Below, in pieces: positions 54,293-63,679 of a DNA stretch of 64,000 nucleotides. Source of the stretch: Eubacteriales bacterium (GTDB lineage Bacteria > Bacillota > Clostridia > Oscillospirales > CAG-382); NCBI GenBank assembly GCA_045636665.1, contig JAZTXY010000086.1, positions 72,031 through 136,030 on the forward strand, written 5' to 3'. How positions within the stretch are numbered: position 1 is the stretch's first letter; the number at the start of each line of letters is the position of its first letter. The notes beneath the pieces are model-generated. The model worked only from the letters and a program-made list of their open reading frames with translations, was not told where the DNA came from and made no database searches. A program made the position numbers and the translations under genes.

Positions 54293-55075
54293 ATGAAAGA
54301 TAACAAAAAATTCACGAAAAAATTTAATGACGAACAACCGCAGGAAGGCCTTTTCGTCGGACGTAACGCCGTTATGGAGCTGCTTCGCAGCGGCAGAACG
54401 GTTGACCGCATATATATTCGCAACGAGCAATCCGAAGGTGTGCTCGGCGCGATTCGTGCGCGTGCGTCGGAAAACCGCATCCCGTTGGTTGAAACCGACC
54501 AACGTAAGCTTGATAAGCTTGCCGACGGTTTGGTTCATCAGGGTGTTATTGCCGTTGCGGCGGAAACCGATTATTTAACGGTGGAAGAGCTTTTGGCAAT
54601 CGCCGATAAAAAGGGAGAAAAGCCGTTTTTCCTTATTTGCGATTCGATAAACGATCCTCACAACCTCGGCGCGCTTATCCGCAGTGCCAACTGTGCGGGC
54701 GTCAACGGCGTTATCATTCCGAAAAGACGCGCCGTCGGCGTTAACGGAACGGTTGCCAAATCAAGCGCAGGCGCCGTTTTTGCAATGCCCATCGCAAGAG
54801 TGTCCAACCTTGCAAGCGCGGTGAAAACGCTTAAAGAATGCGGCGTTTGGATTTGGGCGGTCGAGGCAGGCGGAAGACCTTATTACGAACAGGATTTCAA
54901 AGGAGCCTGCGCGCTCATTCTCGGAAGTGAGGGCGAAGGAGTATCCGATATACTCAAAAAGGAAAGCGATTTTATTGCAGGTATCCCGATGTACGGCACC
55001 GTAAATTCGCTTAACGTGTCCAATGCCGGCGCAATAGTTATGTTTGAAGCCGCAAAACAACGAAATTCCAAATAA
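54293..55075 (+). CDS. rlmB: 23S rRNA (guanosine-2'-O)-methyltransferase RlmB (SpoU/TrmH family)
   Basis: GRNAVMELL substrate-binding N-terminal domain. DSINDPHNLGALIRSA, LILGSEGEG and SLNVSNA motifs. Confidence 0.85.
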   Translation: MKDNKKFTKKFNDEQPQEGLFVGRNAVMELLRSGRTVDRIYIRNEQSEGVLGAIRARASENRIPLVETDQRKLDKLADGLVHQGVIAVAAETDYLTVEELLAIADKKGEKPFFLICDSINDPHNLGALIRSANCAGVNGVIIPKRRAVGVNGTVAKSSAGAVFAMPIARVSNLASAVKTLKECGVWIWAVEAGGRPYYEQDFKGACALILGSEGEGVSDILKKESDFIAGIPMYGTVNSLNVSNAGAIVMFEAAKQRNSK

Positions 55076-55099
55076 TTACCTAAAAAGCAGGTGAATAAA

Positions 55100-57628
55100 A
55101 TGCCAAGCTCCAAGAACGGCAAACAAAATTTGGATATACTCGAGTTGCTTCGTCAAGCGGAGGAAAAAAACCACTCCGATATGAACGCAGGGACTGCCGA
55201 ACGCAAACCAGAATTGGAAAAGACGCTTGTTGCAGATTCGGAAACACCTCCCCAAAAGCGCACAAAGGTAACCAAACGCATTAATGCCGAAACAGCCGAG
55301 CTTATAGATCGGTACAGCACCAGAAAAGAAAATAAATCTTTAAGCGATACCCAAAAATTAAGAATGAAGCTTGCTGAGCAAAATGAAAATTCCGAGCTTT
55401 TGGGTTATCTTGCCGAAGAAAAACAACCCGCCAAAAGCGAGCGTGTCGACAAGCTTTATGAAATGATTAACGACGCGCGCACACGCACGCTTTCGGATCT
55501 CGAGAAAAAGCCGCCCGTGGGAATTAAATCCACGCGCTTTTCCGATGAACCCATTCCCGAAAAGCAGGAATATACTCAGGAGCAAATGTTCCCTCTCGGC
55601 GATACGATTCATTTTGATGACGATATCAATGAAACCGAGGTTGCAAGCTTTGACTCCGATTACGAGCAACTGACCGAAAAGCTCGAAAAGCGCGAAATCG
55701 ATTTTGACAACGAAAACGAAAACGAAGGTCAGGTGCGTTTCGTTGCCGATGACGATAAGCTTGAGGTTTTGGGCGAAGAGCTTGACGAAACCGATATAAA
55801 CCTTCGTCTTGCATTCGAAATGATGGAGGACGAGGAAGGCACGCTTAAAAAGATCGCGGAACGAAACCGCGAAAAGAGCAGAGCCGAAAAAGAAGGACGC
55901 GACGGTGAAAACCGCGTTAAATATACCTCGCGTGAGCAAAATTCCGAAATCGCTTCGCATTTCCGCAAGCGTATGCGTAAGTCGCTTATCCGCATTATCA
56001 TCGTCGGTATCCTTGCGCTCGGAATACTGTTTTTGGAAATTGCTTCCAAGGACAGCGGTATGCACGGCGATTTTGCAAAGCAGGGAAGATACGGAATAAT
56101 TTATATCCTTATCGATCTTCAGCTTTTGTTCTTTATCGCAATTGCGATGCTCGGCTCTATCCGCAACGGCTTATCGGGGATTTTCAAGCTCCGCTTGAAT
56201 ACCGACAGTCTGCTTGTCGTTTCAATCTTTTTTGCGGCGGCATATTCGTTGGTAACTCTGTTCGGAAACCCCTATGCGGCAGATCTTAAGCTTTATAATC
56301 TGCCTGCGGCGTTTGCGGCGTTCTGCGCGGCGGTTTCGGGCTATATGTGCGCCAAAAAGGATTACCGATGCTTCAGAATCGTTGCGTCGAAGCGTCCGAA
56401 ATATACCGCTTGCGAGCTGACCGGCGGCACGAAAGAGGCTGACGAATTTTACAAGTATCTTTTTGAAGACAGCGATATTTATACCGTTAAACGCGCTCAC
56501 TTTATCGACGGCTTCGTTGAAAGAACCGAAAAGCGCACCAAGTTTGAAGACGTTCTTAACTTTATAATTCCGCTTATCTTTTTTGCGGGCGCAGCTCTTT
56601 TTATCACAATGAGCGTGCTCGGAAGCGAAATTTACGATGCATATACCGCATTTTCGGTATTGCTCGCGGCGAGCGTTCCCGCGACCGCGTTTTTCGTGTT
56701 TACTTTGCCTACCGTTTCGGCAAACCGCGTCGGCGTGAAGCATTCAACCGCTTTCATCGGTAATGCGATAGCCGAAGAATATGCGACCGCATCGGTGCTT
56801 TCTTTTGCCGATACCGAGGTATATCCCGCAAGTCTTGTTAAGATAACCAACATCCGTATGTACGGCGACTTCCGTATCGATGAAGTGCTTACCGATATGG
56901 CGAAGGTGTTCAAATACGTCGGCGGCCCGCTTTCGAAGGTGCTTTCCGCAACCCTTAGCGAGCAGGTCGAAAACCCCAACGCGATAAGAGTTATCGAAAG
57001 CGCAAACGACGGACTTTGCGTTGCTATGGACGGTCACAACTATTTCCTCGGCAAGCGTTCTTATATGCGCCGTTACCGTTTCGAAACGATTGTTGACGAG
57101 GGTGACGATTCTTATGACCGCAACGGCGGCTCGGTTATGTACGTCGTCGTTGACGAAAAGCTTGCAGCAAAGCTTTACATTAAATATACCCTCAACCCCT
57201 TGTTCGATTCTCTCCTTCGCGATATGTACAAGGCGGGCTTGTGTCTTGGTGTAAAAACGCTCGACCCGAACATCAACAACGAAATGATCGCTTCACAGGT
57301 CAAGTTCAAAAAGTGCCCCATTTCGGTGCTTCGCGGAACCGACCCAGAGGAGGTTATGGGAGAGGTTGAAAACGCAACGAGCGGTATCGTTTGCAACTCG
57401 ACGCTTCACAATTTCCTTAAGATGTTTTCACTTTGCGATAAAGCGCGTCACGCTACCAAAAGCAATATCATCATCAGCGTGGTCAGTGTTGTGCTGTCGT
57501 TTGCCGCTGTCGCGTTCCTTTCGGTTACGGGCGCGATAGGAGCAATCACGTCGGTTCACGCGGTTGCATTCCAACTGTTTTGGCTTCTTCCGATATGGTT
57601 GATATCGTTTTTGATGTTAAGAAAGTGA
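55100..57628 (+). CDS. Degenerate P1B-type ATPase homologue (no phosphorylation, CPC, TGES or GDGxND motifs) with a ~300-aa acidic N-terminal extension
   Basis: AGGTG RBS before the ATG at 55100. Collinear with CopA-type pumps: FKLRLNTDSLLVVSIFFAAAYSL; AASVPATAF in place of ACPCALG; SFADTEVYPAS in place of DKTGTxT; KTLDPN in place of TGDN. Confidence 0.65.
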   Translation: MPSSKNGKQNLDILELLRQAEEKNHSDMNAGTAERKPELEKTLVADSETPPQKRTKVTKRINAETAELIDRYSTRKENKSLSDTQKLRMKLAEQNENSELLGYLAEEKQPAKSERVDKLYEMINDARTRTLSDLEKKPPVGIKSTRFSDEPIPEKQEYTQEQMFPLGDTIHFDDDINETEVASFDSDYEQLTEKLEKREIDFDNENENEGQVRFVADDDKLEVLGEELDETDINLRLAFEMMEDEEGTLKKIAERNREKSRAEKEGRDGENRVKYTSREQNSEIASHFRKRMRKSLIRIIIVGILALGILFLEIASKDSGMHGDFAKQGRYGIIYILIDLQLLFFIAIAMLGSIRNGLSGIFKLRLNTDSLLVVSIFFAAAYSLVTLFGNPYAADLKLYNLPAAFAAFCAAVSGYMCAKKDYRCFRIVASKRPKYTACELTGGTKEADEFYKYLFEDSDIYTVKRAHFIDGFVERTEKRTKFEDVLNFIIPLIFFAGAALFITMSVLGSEIYDAYTAFSVLLAASVPATAFFVFTLPTVSANRVGVKHSTAFIGNAIAEEYATASVLSFADTEVYPASLVKITNIRMYGDFRIDEVLTDMAKVFKYVGGPLSKVLSATLSEQVENPNAIRVIESANDGLCVAMDGHNYFLGKRSYMRRYRFETIVDEGDDSYDRNGGSVMYVVVDEKLAAKLYIKYTLNPLFDSLLRDMYKAGLCLGVKTLDPNINNEMIASQVKFKKCPISVLRGTDPEEVMGEVENATSGIVCNSTLHNFLKMFSLCDKARHATKSNIIISVVSVVLSFAAVAFLSVTGAIGAITSVHAVAFQLFWLLPIWLISFLMLRK

Positions 57629-57676
57629 ATAAATTGAAAAATTTGTCAATTTGCGATAAAAATATAAAATTTCCTC

Positions 57677-57705
57677 TTGATTAATTTGACTTTTTGATAT
57701 ATAAT
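57677..57705 (+). promoter_or_regulatory. Sigma-A type promoter for the EF-G-like gene
   Basis: TTGATT-N17-TATAAT. Confidence 0.6.
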
Positions 57706-57756
57706 GTGTACCGTATATAAATGTATGCATCAATAATTTACGGAGGAATTATAACA

Positions 57757-59787
57757 ATGGCGAAATTTACATCTTCTCAAATCAGAAATATATGTCTTGT
57801 AGGTCACTCCGGTGACGGTAAAACTTCCTTTGCAGAAGCTATGCTTTACCTTGCAAAGGTTACCGACCGTTTGGGTAAGCCCTCGGAAGGTAACACCGTT
57901 TGTGATTTCGATCCCGAAGAAATTAAAAGAGGATACTCTATCTCCGCTTCTCTTGCCAGCCTTGAATGGAACGGCACGAAGATAAATATTCTTGATGCAC
58001 CCGGTATGTTCGGTTTTGCAGGCGAATCGAAGGCGGCTGCTTTCATCGCGGCAAGTACCGTTATCGTTGTAGACGCAAAGAGCGGCTGCAAGGTTGGTAC
58101 CGAGCTTGCATGGGAATTCTCTGCGGGTAAGCCCAAGGCATTCTTTGTAAACAAGGTTGACGATGAAAACTCCAACTTTGAAGGCACATTTGCCGGTCTT
58201 CGTGAACAGTTCGGCGCATCCGTATGTCCTCTCCTTATCCCCTTCAACGAAGGCAGCGGTCAGGTAGGATTTTACAACCTCATCACCGATGAAGTTTTCT
58301 ATTGCGAAAAGAACGGCAACCGTGTTGAAACCACCGTTCCCGCAAACTTTACCGATAAGATCGAAGAATATAAGCTCGCTCTTAACGAATCCTTGGCGAT
58401 CACAAGCGAAGAGCTTATGGAAAAATTCCTTATGGAAGAGCCCTTCACCTCTGAAGAAAAGCTTCACGCACTTAATTCGGGTCTTCTCAGCGGCGATATC
58501 GCTCCCGTATTCTGTGGCTCTGCAACCGCTCTTGCGGGTATCCGCTTCTTCCTTGATACTGCTGCGGCTTCCTTTGTATCTCCTCTTGAAGCGATGAAGG
58601 ATGCAGACGAAAACGGCGAAACAAAGCTCTTCGTATTCAAGACCCTTTCCGATAACTTCGGTAAGAAGGTATTCTTTAAGGTTATGAACGGTACCTTGAC
58701 AAAGGATCAGGTTCTTAACAACATTTCTACCGGTCAGCAGGAAAAATTCGCAAAGATTTGTACCGCTATCGGTAAGAAGGAAATCGAATGCAACGAATTT
58801 GTTACCGGTGATATCGGTTATGCGGTAAAACTCAACAATACCAACGTTAACAATACTCTCGTAGCAGGCGCAACGGGCGAAGAATTCAAAAAGATCGATT
58901 TCCCGACTCCCTACTACACCATGGCTATCAAGCCCCTTTCGAAGAACGACGAAGACAAGATCTCTACCGGCATTACCAAGCTTCTCGAAGAAGATCCCAC
59001 CCTTCGCTACTTCAACAATGCGGAAACCAAGCAAATGACCGTTTCCGGTATGGGCGATATCCACCTCGACGTTGTCTGCGCTAAGCTCAAATCGAGATTC
59101 GGCACAGGCGTTGAACTTATCGAACCGAAGATTGCATACCGCGAAGCAATCAAGAAGACCGTTCAGGTTGAAGGTAAGCACAAGAAGCAGTCCGGCGGCT
59201 CTGGTCAGTACGGTCACGTTAAGATTACCTTTGGTCCCGGTCAGGAAGACGGCCTTACCTTTACTCAAAGCGTTGTAGGCGGTAACGTTCCGAAGAACTT
59301 CTATCCCGCAGTTGAAAAGGGTCTTCAGGAAGCAATGCTCAAGGGCGTTCTTGCAGGCTTCCCCATGGCAAACCTTGCCGCTGACCTCTTCGACGGCTCT
59401 TACCACCCCGTTGACTCCAATGAAATTTCCTTTAAGCTTGCTGCTAAGCTCGCGTTTAAGGAAGGTCTTCCCAAGGCAAGCCCCGTTATTCTCGAACCTG
59501 TCGGATATCTTAAGTGCACCATCCCGACATCCTACTCGGGCGATATTATGGGTGACGTAAGTAAGCGCCGCGGCAGAATTATGGGTATGAGCGAAAGCAC
59601 ACGCAAGGGCTATACTGTTATCGAAGCGGAAATTCCTTCTGCGGAAATGACCGTTTACGCCGTACAGCTCCGCGCTATGACTCAGGGCAGAGGTACTTAC
59701 ACATTTGACTTCGTAAGATACGAAGAAGCTCCTGCTGAAGTTGCTCAAAAGGTTATCGCAGAAGCAAAGAAAGACGCTGAAGAATAA
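57757..59787 (+). CDS. Elongation factor G paralogue (divergent G domain, PGH changed to PGM)
   Basis: GGAGGA RBS. GHSGDGKTS (G1), DAPGMFGF (G3) and NKVD (G4). Domains II-V are collinear with EF-G. 676 aa. Confidence 0.8.
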   Translation: MAKFTSSQIRNICLVGHSGDGKTSFAEAMLYLAKVTDRLGKPSEGNTVCDFDPEEIKRGYSISASLASLEWNGTKINILDAPGMFGFAGESKAAAFIAASTVIVVDAKSGCKVGTELAWEFSAGKPKAFFVNKVDDENSNFEGTFAGLREQFGASVCPLLIPFNEGSGQVGFYNLITDEVFYCEKNGNRVETTVPANFTDKIEEYKLALNESLAITSEELMEKFLMEEPFTSEEKLHALNSGLLSGDIAPVFCGSATALAGIRFFLDTAAASFVSPLEAMKDADENGETKLFVFKTLSDNFGKKVFFKVMNGTLTKDQVLNNISTGQQEKFAKICTAIGKKEIECNEFVTGDIGYAVKLNNTNVNNTLVAGATGEEFKKIDFPTPYYTMAIKPLSKNDEDKISTGITKLLEEDPTLRYFNNAETKQMTVSGMGDIHLDVVCAKLKSRFGTGVELIEPKIAYREAIKKTVQVEGKHKKQSGGSGQYGHVKITFGPGQEDGLTFTQSVVGGNVPKNFYPAVEKGLQEAMLKGVLAGFPMANLAADLFDGSYHPVDSNEISFKLAAKLAFKEGLPKASPVILEPVGYLKCTIPTSYSGDIMGDVSKRRGRIMGMSESTRKGYTVIEAEIPSAEMTVYAVQLRAMTQGRGTYTFDFVRYEEAPAEVAQKVIAEAKKDAEE

Positions 59788-59886
59788 TTTACAGTTAATA
59801 ATTATCTTGCCGTTGCTTAATACGTAACGGCAAGATATAACAGTTTGGAAACAATAATAATCACTAACAGAAGTGAGGCAAAAACA

Positions 59887-61347
59887 ATGAATTTGAACTT
59901 TAAAAAATCCCGCAAGGTTGCAATTTTACTTGGCCTTGTAATGATGCTGTCGGTAGTACTCGCATCTTGTGTTGACTTGACCGAGGTTCCCGACTTTTAC
60001 AACGATCCTTCGTTTAATCTCGAAGAATCCGAAGGCGGCAACGTTGAAAACAGCGACGAAGAAATTTCGGTTGACGAAAATACCACCGCTGTTCCTACCG
60101 TTTCCGGCGTAGTAAACATCAAACCCACCACTGTTGCTATTTACGGTACTTGCGAAGAAAACGCAACCATTTCCGTTGAAGGCGGCGTTGAAACTGCTAC
60201 CACCAAGGCACACGGTACTTATTACATTATCGAGGTTAATATCCACAACCGCGATACTCTTCTTCGTATCACCGCAAAGGCGGATGATAAAGAAAACGCT
60301 TCTCCCGAAAGAGAACTCATCGCTCGTAAGGACGCTACCGCCGACACCCTTCTTGACGGCAACAGCGTTTCGGTCGGTGTTGATTCGAGACTTTATTTCG
60401 ATAAGTTCGTTGAAGACGCAAGTGGTGTAAATCTTTATACCGCTTCCGAGCTCAGCGCTATCCGTGAATATGTTTCCGATACCGTAACCAGCTACTATAA
60501 CGACAGAGCAGGTTCTCAAGCGGTTGAGCTTATTTACGTTCTCGTTCCCAACTCCACCACCTTGGATTCTTCGGTATTCCCCGAAGGAGTTGTTGGCGAA
60601 ACTAACAGCACCATCTATTCTCAGGTGCTTACCGCTCTCAATCAAACCAGAGCTACCGTTGTAGATTTGCTTTCCGTATTCAAGGAAGCAAACGCAGATA
60701 GCGAAGCTATCGCAAAATACGGCAACATCTATCGTGAAACCGATAGCGCACTTTCCGATTACGGCGCATATCTTGCATACGCTGAAATTATGAACGTTAT
60801 CGCAAAGCGTTTCCCCGATGCTGCACCCAAGACTCTTGACGACTTTACTTGGACCCCCACCAACATCATGGGCGGTAACCTCGTTAAATACCGTGAACTC
60901 GACAAGACCGTTATCACCGAAGATACCGTTCTTGCTACCCCCAAATTCTCGCTTGATATCGGTACAAACGGCGCGGGCTCTTCCAAGATTTCCTCGCTCA
61001 CCAAGTACGTCGATATGAAGGATGGAGATTATAACTTCTTCACCGACATCAAGACCGATGACAACCTCAATGGTATCGCGGAACGTTGGCTTATCGAAGA
61101 CACCACCCGTACCGACGTTGATCTTCCCAGCGCACTTATCTACCGTGATTATTCTGCGCTTCCGTTCTCCGATATCCTTTCCGAAAGATTCGGCAAGGTG
61201 CTTTTGGGCAAATCCGGCGAACTCGCAATCAACCTTTCCGCAACTGCACAGTACGCACAAGGTGATGACAAGGTTGTTGACTACATCATCGTTATCGTTT
61301 CCGAAGAAAATCTCGACACCGCATTTAGCCTCGCGGTTAAAGATTAA
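59887..61347 (+). CDS. Lipoprotein with a DHHW/AlgX-like C-terminal region lacking the DHHW motif
   Basis: Lipobox LASC. IYRETDSALSDYGAYLAY aligns with the family motif YYRTDHHWTxxGAYxAY. Confidence 0.55.
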   Translation: MNLNFKKSRKVAILLGLVMMLSVVLASCVDLTEVPDFYNDPSFNLEESEGGNVENSDEEISVDENTTAVPTVSGVVNIKPTTVAIYGTCEENATISVEGGVETATTKAHGTYYIIEVNIHNRDTLLRITAKADDKENASPERELIARKDATADTLLDGNSVSVGVDSRLYFDKFVEDASGVNLYTASELSAIREYVSDTVTSYYNDRAGSQAVELIYVLVPNSTTLDSSVFPEGVVGETNSTIYSQVLTALNQTRATVVDLLSVFKEANADSEAIAKYGNIYRETDSALSDYGAYLAYAEIMNVIAKRFPDAAPKTLDDFTWTPTNIMGGNLVKYRELDKTVITEDTVLATPKFSLDIGTNGAGSSKISSLTKYVDMKDGDYNFFTDIKTDDNLNGIAERWLIEDTTRTDVDLPSALIYRDYSALPFSDILSERFGKVLLGKSGELAINLSATAQYAQGDDKVVDYIIVIVSEENLDTAFSLAVKD

Positions 61348-61373
61348 TCCGAACTGTTAAAATATTAAGTGTC

Positions 61374-61405
61374 AAAAAAGGCGGCATAATTTTGCCGCCT
61401 TTTTG
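61374..61405 (+). terminator. Rho-independent terminator
   Basis: AAGGCGGCA-loop-TGCCGCCTT followed by TTT. Confidence 0.75.
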
Positions 61406-61473
61406 AAATTTAAATCTGCTTTGTCCTTTTTATTGTACAGCGAATCGGATATAATAGGCACGAGGTGATAAAA

Positions 61474-62364
61474 ATGGTATTTTTAAAGCAAATCGAACTG
61501 CCCGATCAATTCAAAGAAGAAAATATTTTAAATGCCGAACGGCGCACCTGCTTTAACGGTGTTTATCCGTTTCGCATATTTCCGCAAAAAAGGTTAAGCT
61601 TTATCGATTTTGCGCCGATAACACTGCTTTACGGCGGAAACGGGTCGGGCAAAACTACCCTTCTTAACGTAATTGCCGAGAAGGTAAATGCGATAAGGCA
61701 TTCGGAATACAGCAAAAGCGCGTTTTTTGACCGTTATATTGCGCCTTGCAAAATTTACGGCGACGAAATTCCCGAAATAAATCAAATGCTTTCGAGCGAT
61801 GACGTTTTTGATTACGTATTGAATATCCGTTATCTCAACAACGGAATCGATGAGCACCGCGAACAGCTTTTTAAAGGATACACTACAATGAAGCGCGGTA
61901 TTCAATCGGGTAACAGCGAGCTTTTGCGGCTTCACGGATTGGACGATTATGACCGTTGGAAGGAGCATTACGATGCGATATCGAAAACGCAGTCGCAGTT
62001 TGTGAAGGAACGCCTTGCGCGTAATATCGATATGAATTCGAACGGCGAAACGGCGATGCGATATTTCACCGACCATATCGACAGCAATGCGATTTATCTT
62101 ATCGACGAGCCCGAAAACAGCTTGTCGGTGCAGTTTCAAATCGAGCTTGCGAAATATATCGAGGATTCCGCAAGATTTTTCAACTGTCAGTTTATTATTT
62201 CAACCCATTCGCCGATATTTCTTGCAATGAAGGACGCGAAAATTTACGACCTCGATTCCTGCCCTGCGCGGACTAAAAAATGGACCGAGCTTACGAACGT
62301 GCGTAAATATTTTGAATTTTTCGAATCGCACCGCGACGAATTTTTGTTGACAAACGGCGATTAA
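61474..62364 (+). CDS. Stand-alone AAA/ABC-like ATPase (Walker A, Walker B, no partner gene)
   Basis: GAGGTG RBS. LLYGGNGSGKTTLLNVI and IYLIDEPENSLS motifs, and THSP (H-loop). Confidence 0.7.
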   Translation: MVFLKQIELPDQFKEENILNAERRTCFNGVYPFRIFPQKRLSFIDFAPITLLYGGNGSGKTTLLNVIAEKVNAIRHSEYSKSAFFDRYIAPCKIYGDEIPEINQMLSSDDVFDYVLNIRYLNNGIDEHREQLFKGYTTMKRGIQSGNSELLRLHGLDDYDRWKEHYDAISKTQSQFVKERLARNIDMNSNGETAMRYFTDHIDSNAIYLIDEPENSLSVQFQIELAKYIEDSARFFNCQFIISTHSPIFLAMKDAKIYDLDSCPARTKKWTELTNVRKYFEFFESHRDEFLLTNGD

Positions 62365-62405
62365 AACCGCATAATATAACCAAAAGGAAGTCGGTTGGAG
62401 GTTTT

Positions 62406-62999
62406 ATGAAAATATACGATATTTCCCAAGAGGTCTTCTCTTGTGAGGTTTTTTCGGGCGACCCTGCTCCAGAAAAGCAAGTGATTTGCTCGATGAAAAA
62501 CGGCGACCTTTATAACCTGACCGCGTTTTCGATGTGCGCGCACAACGGCACGCATATAGATGCGCCGTACAATTTCATAAACGACGGCGCAACCGTTGAA
62601 GATATTAATCTTAACAAACCCGTTGGGCTTGCTTACGTTGTAAGCCATAAAGGGGAAGTGACCGCAAACGATGCGAGAGCAATTCTTGCAAACGCAACGA
62701 AGCTTAACCCCGAAGCGGCAAAAAAGATACTTATAAAGGGCGATGCGACAGTGACTGCCGAAGCTGCAGAAGTTTTCGCCGATGCGAAAATCGACCTTAT
62801 CGGCAACGAATCGCAAACCGTCGGGCCAATCGACGCGCCGATGCAGGTGCATTTGAAGCTTCTCGGGAATAACGTCGTGCTGCTTGAGGGTATACGGCTT
62901 TCAAGTGTTTCCGACGGCGTTTATTTTCTTAATGCCGCACCGCTTAACTTGGGTTCTGTCGACGGCGCGCCTGTGCGTGCAATACTTATTGAATTTTAA
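62406..62999 (+). CDS. Cyclase-family protein (kynurenine formamidase-like)
   Basis: GGAGG RBS. CAHNGTHIDAPYNF motif. Confidence 0.75.
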   Translation: MKIYDISQEVFSCEVFSGDPAPEKQVICSMKNGDLYNLTAFSMCAHNGTHIDAPYNFINDGATVEDINLNKPVGLAYVVSHKGEVTANDARAILANATKLNPEAAKKILIKGDATVTAEAAEVFADAKIDLIGNESQTVGPIDAPMQVHLKLLGNNVVLLEGIRLSSVSDGVYFLNAAPLNLGSVDGAPVRAILIEF

Positions 63000-63011
63000 A
63001 GGAGTTAAAAA

Positions 63012-63464
63012 ATGATTGAAGTTGGAATGAAAGCCCCCGATTTTACACTTTTTGATAAGGACGGAAACGAAATTTCGCTTTCGAGCTTTTTGGGCAAAAA
63101 GGTTGTGCTTTATTTCTATCCGAAGGACAACACGCCCGGATGTACGCGCCAAGCGTGTGCGTTTGCCGATGCATATAAGGGCTTTACCGAAAAGAACGTC
63201 GAGGTTATCGGCATAAGCAAGGACAGCGTTGCCTCCCACAAAAAGTTTGCCGAAAAGTTCAATCTTCCGTTTATCCTTCTGTCCGACCCCGAGCTTTTGG
63301 CAATCAACGCTTACGGTGTTTGGCAGGAAAAGAAGATGTGCGGAAAGGTTTCGATGGGTGTCGTGCGTACAACCTTTATCATCGATGAAAACGGCAATAT
63401 CGCAGAAATTATGCCCAAGGTTAAGCCCGACACAAACGCCGCCGAAATACTCGCAAAAATATAA
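63012..63464 (+). CDS. bcp: Thioredoxin-dependent thiol peroxidase (Bcp-type peroxiredoxin)
   Basis: AAAGGAG RBS. VVLYFYPKDNTPGCTRQAC motif. Confidence 0.85.
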   Translation: MIEVGMKAPDFTLFDKDGNEISLSSFLGKKVVLYFYPKDNTPGCTRQACAFADAYKGFTEKNVEVIGISKDSVASHKKFAEKFNLPFILLSDPELLAINAYGVWQEKKMCGKVSMGVVRTTFIIDENGNIAEIMPKVKPDTNAAEILAKI

Positions 63465-63484
63465 AATACCTTTCGATATAAAAA

Positions 63485-63513
63485 CAGTGGAGTGATTTCA
63501 CTCCGGTGTTTTT
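63485..63513 (+). terminator. Rho-independent terminator after bcp
   Basis: GGAGTG-ATTT-CACTCC followed by GGTGTTTTT. Confidence 0.65.
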
Positions 63514-63679
63514 ACGATTTGGGGGGCGTTGTTATACCAAAAGAAATCCGTCGAGTTATGAGGATTCGTGAGGGCGACCCCTCGCATACCACATTGATAC
63601 CTTTCGACAGGTTTTGTTTGGCAATACATAGTGTGGTTAATAGGTATAAAGCAACAGCGAGGTGAATTTCACCTCGCTT

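Noticed and set aside
57730-59748. 672-aa ORF on the minus strand, the longest non-obvious ORF in the track
   Set aside because: It is exactly codon-aligned antisense to the clearly recognisable EF-G-like gene. It has no RBS, and its composition is odd (rich in C, R, F and N). It is explained by the absence of TTA, CTA and TCA codons in the sense gene.
59926-61260. 444-aa minus-strand ORF
   Set aside because: It is antisense to the lipoprotein gene, which has an RBS, a lipobox and native codon bias. The antisense product is low-complexity.
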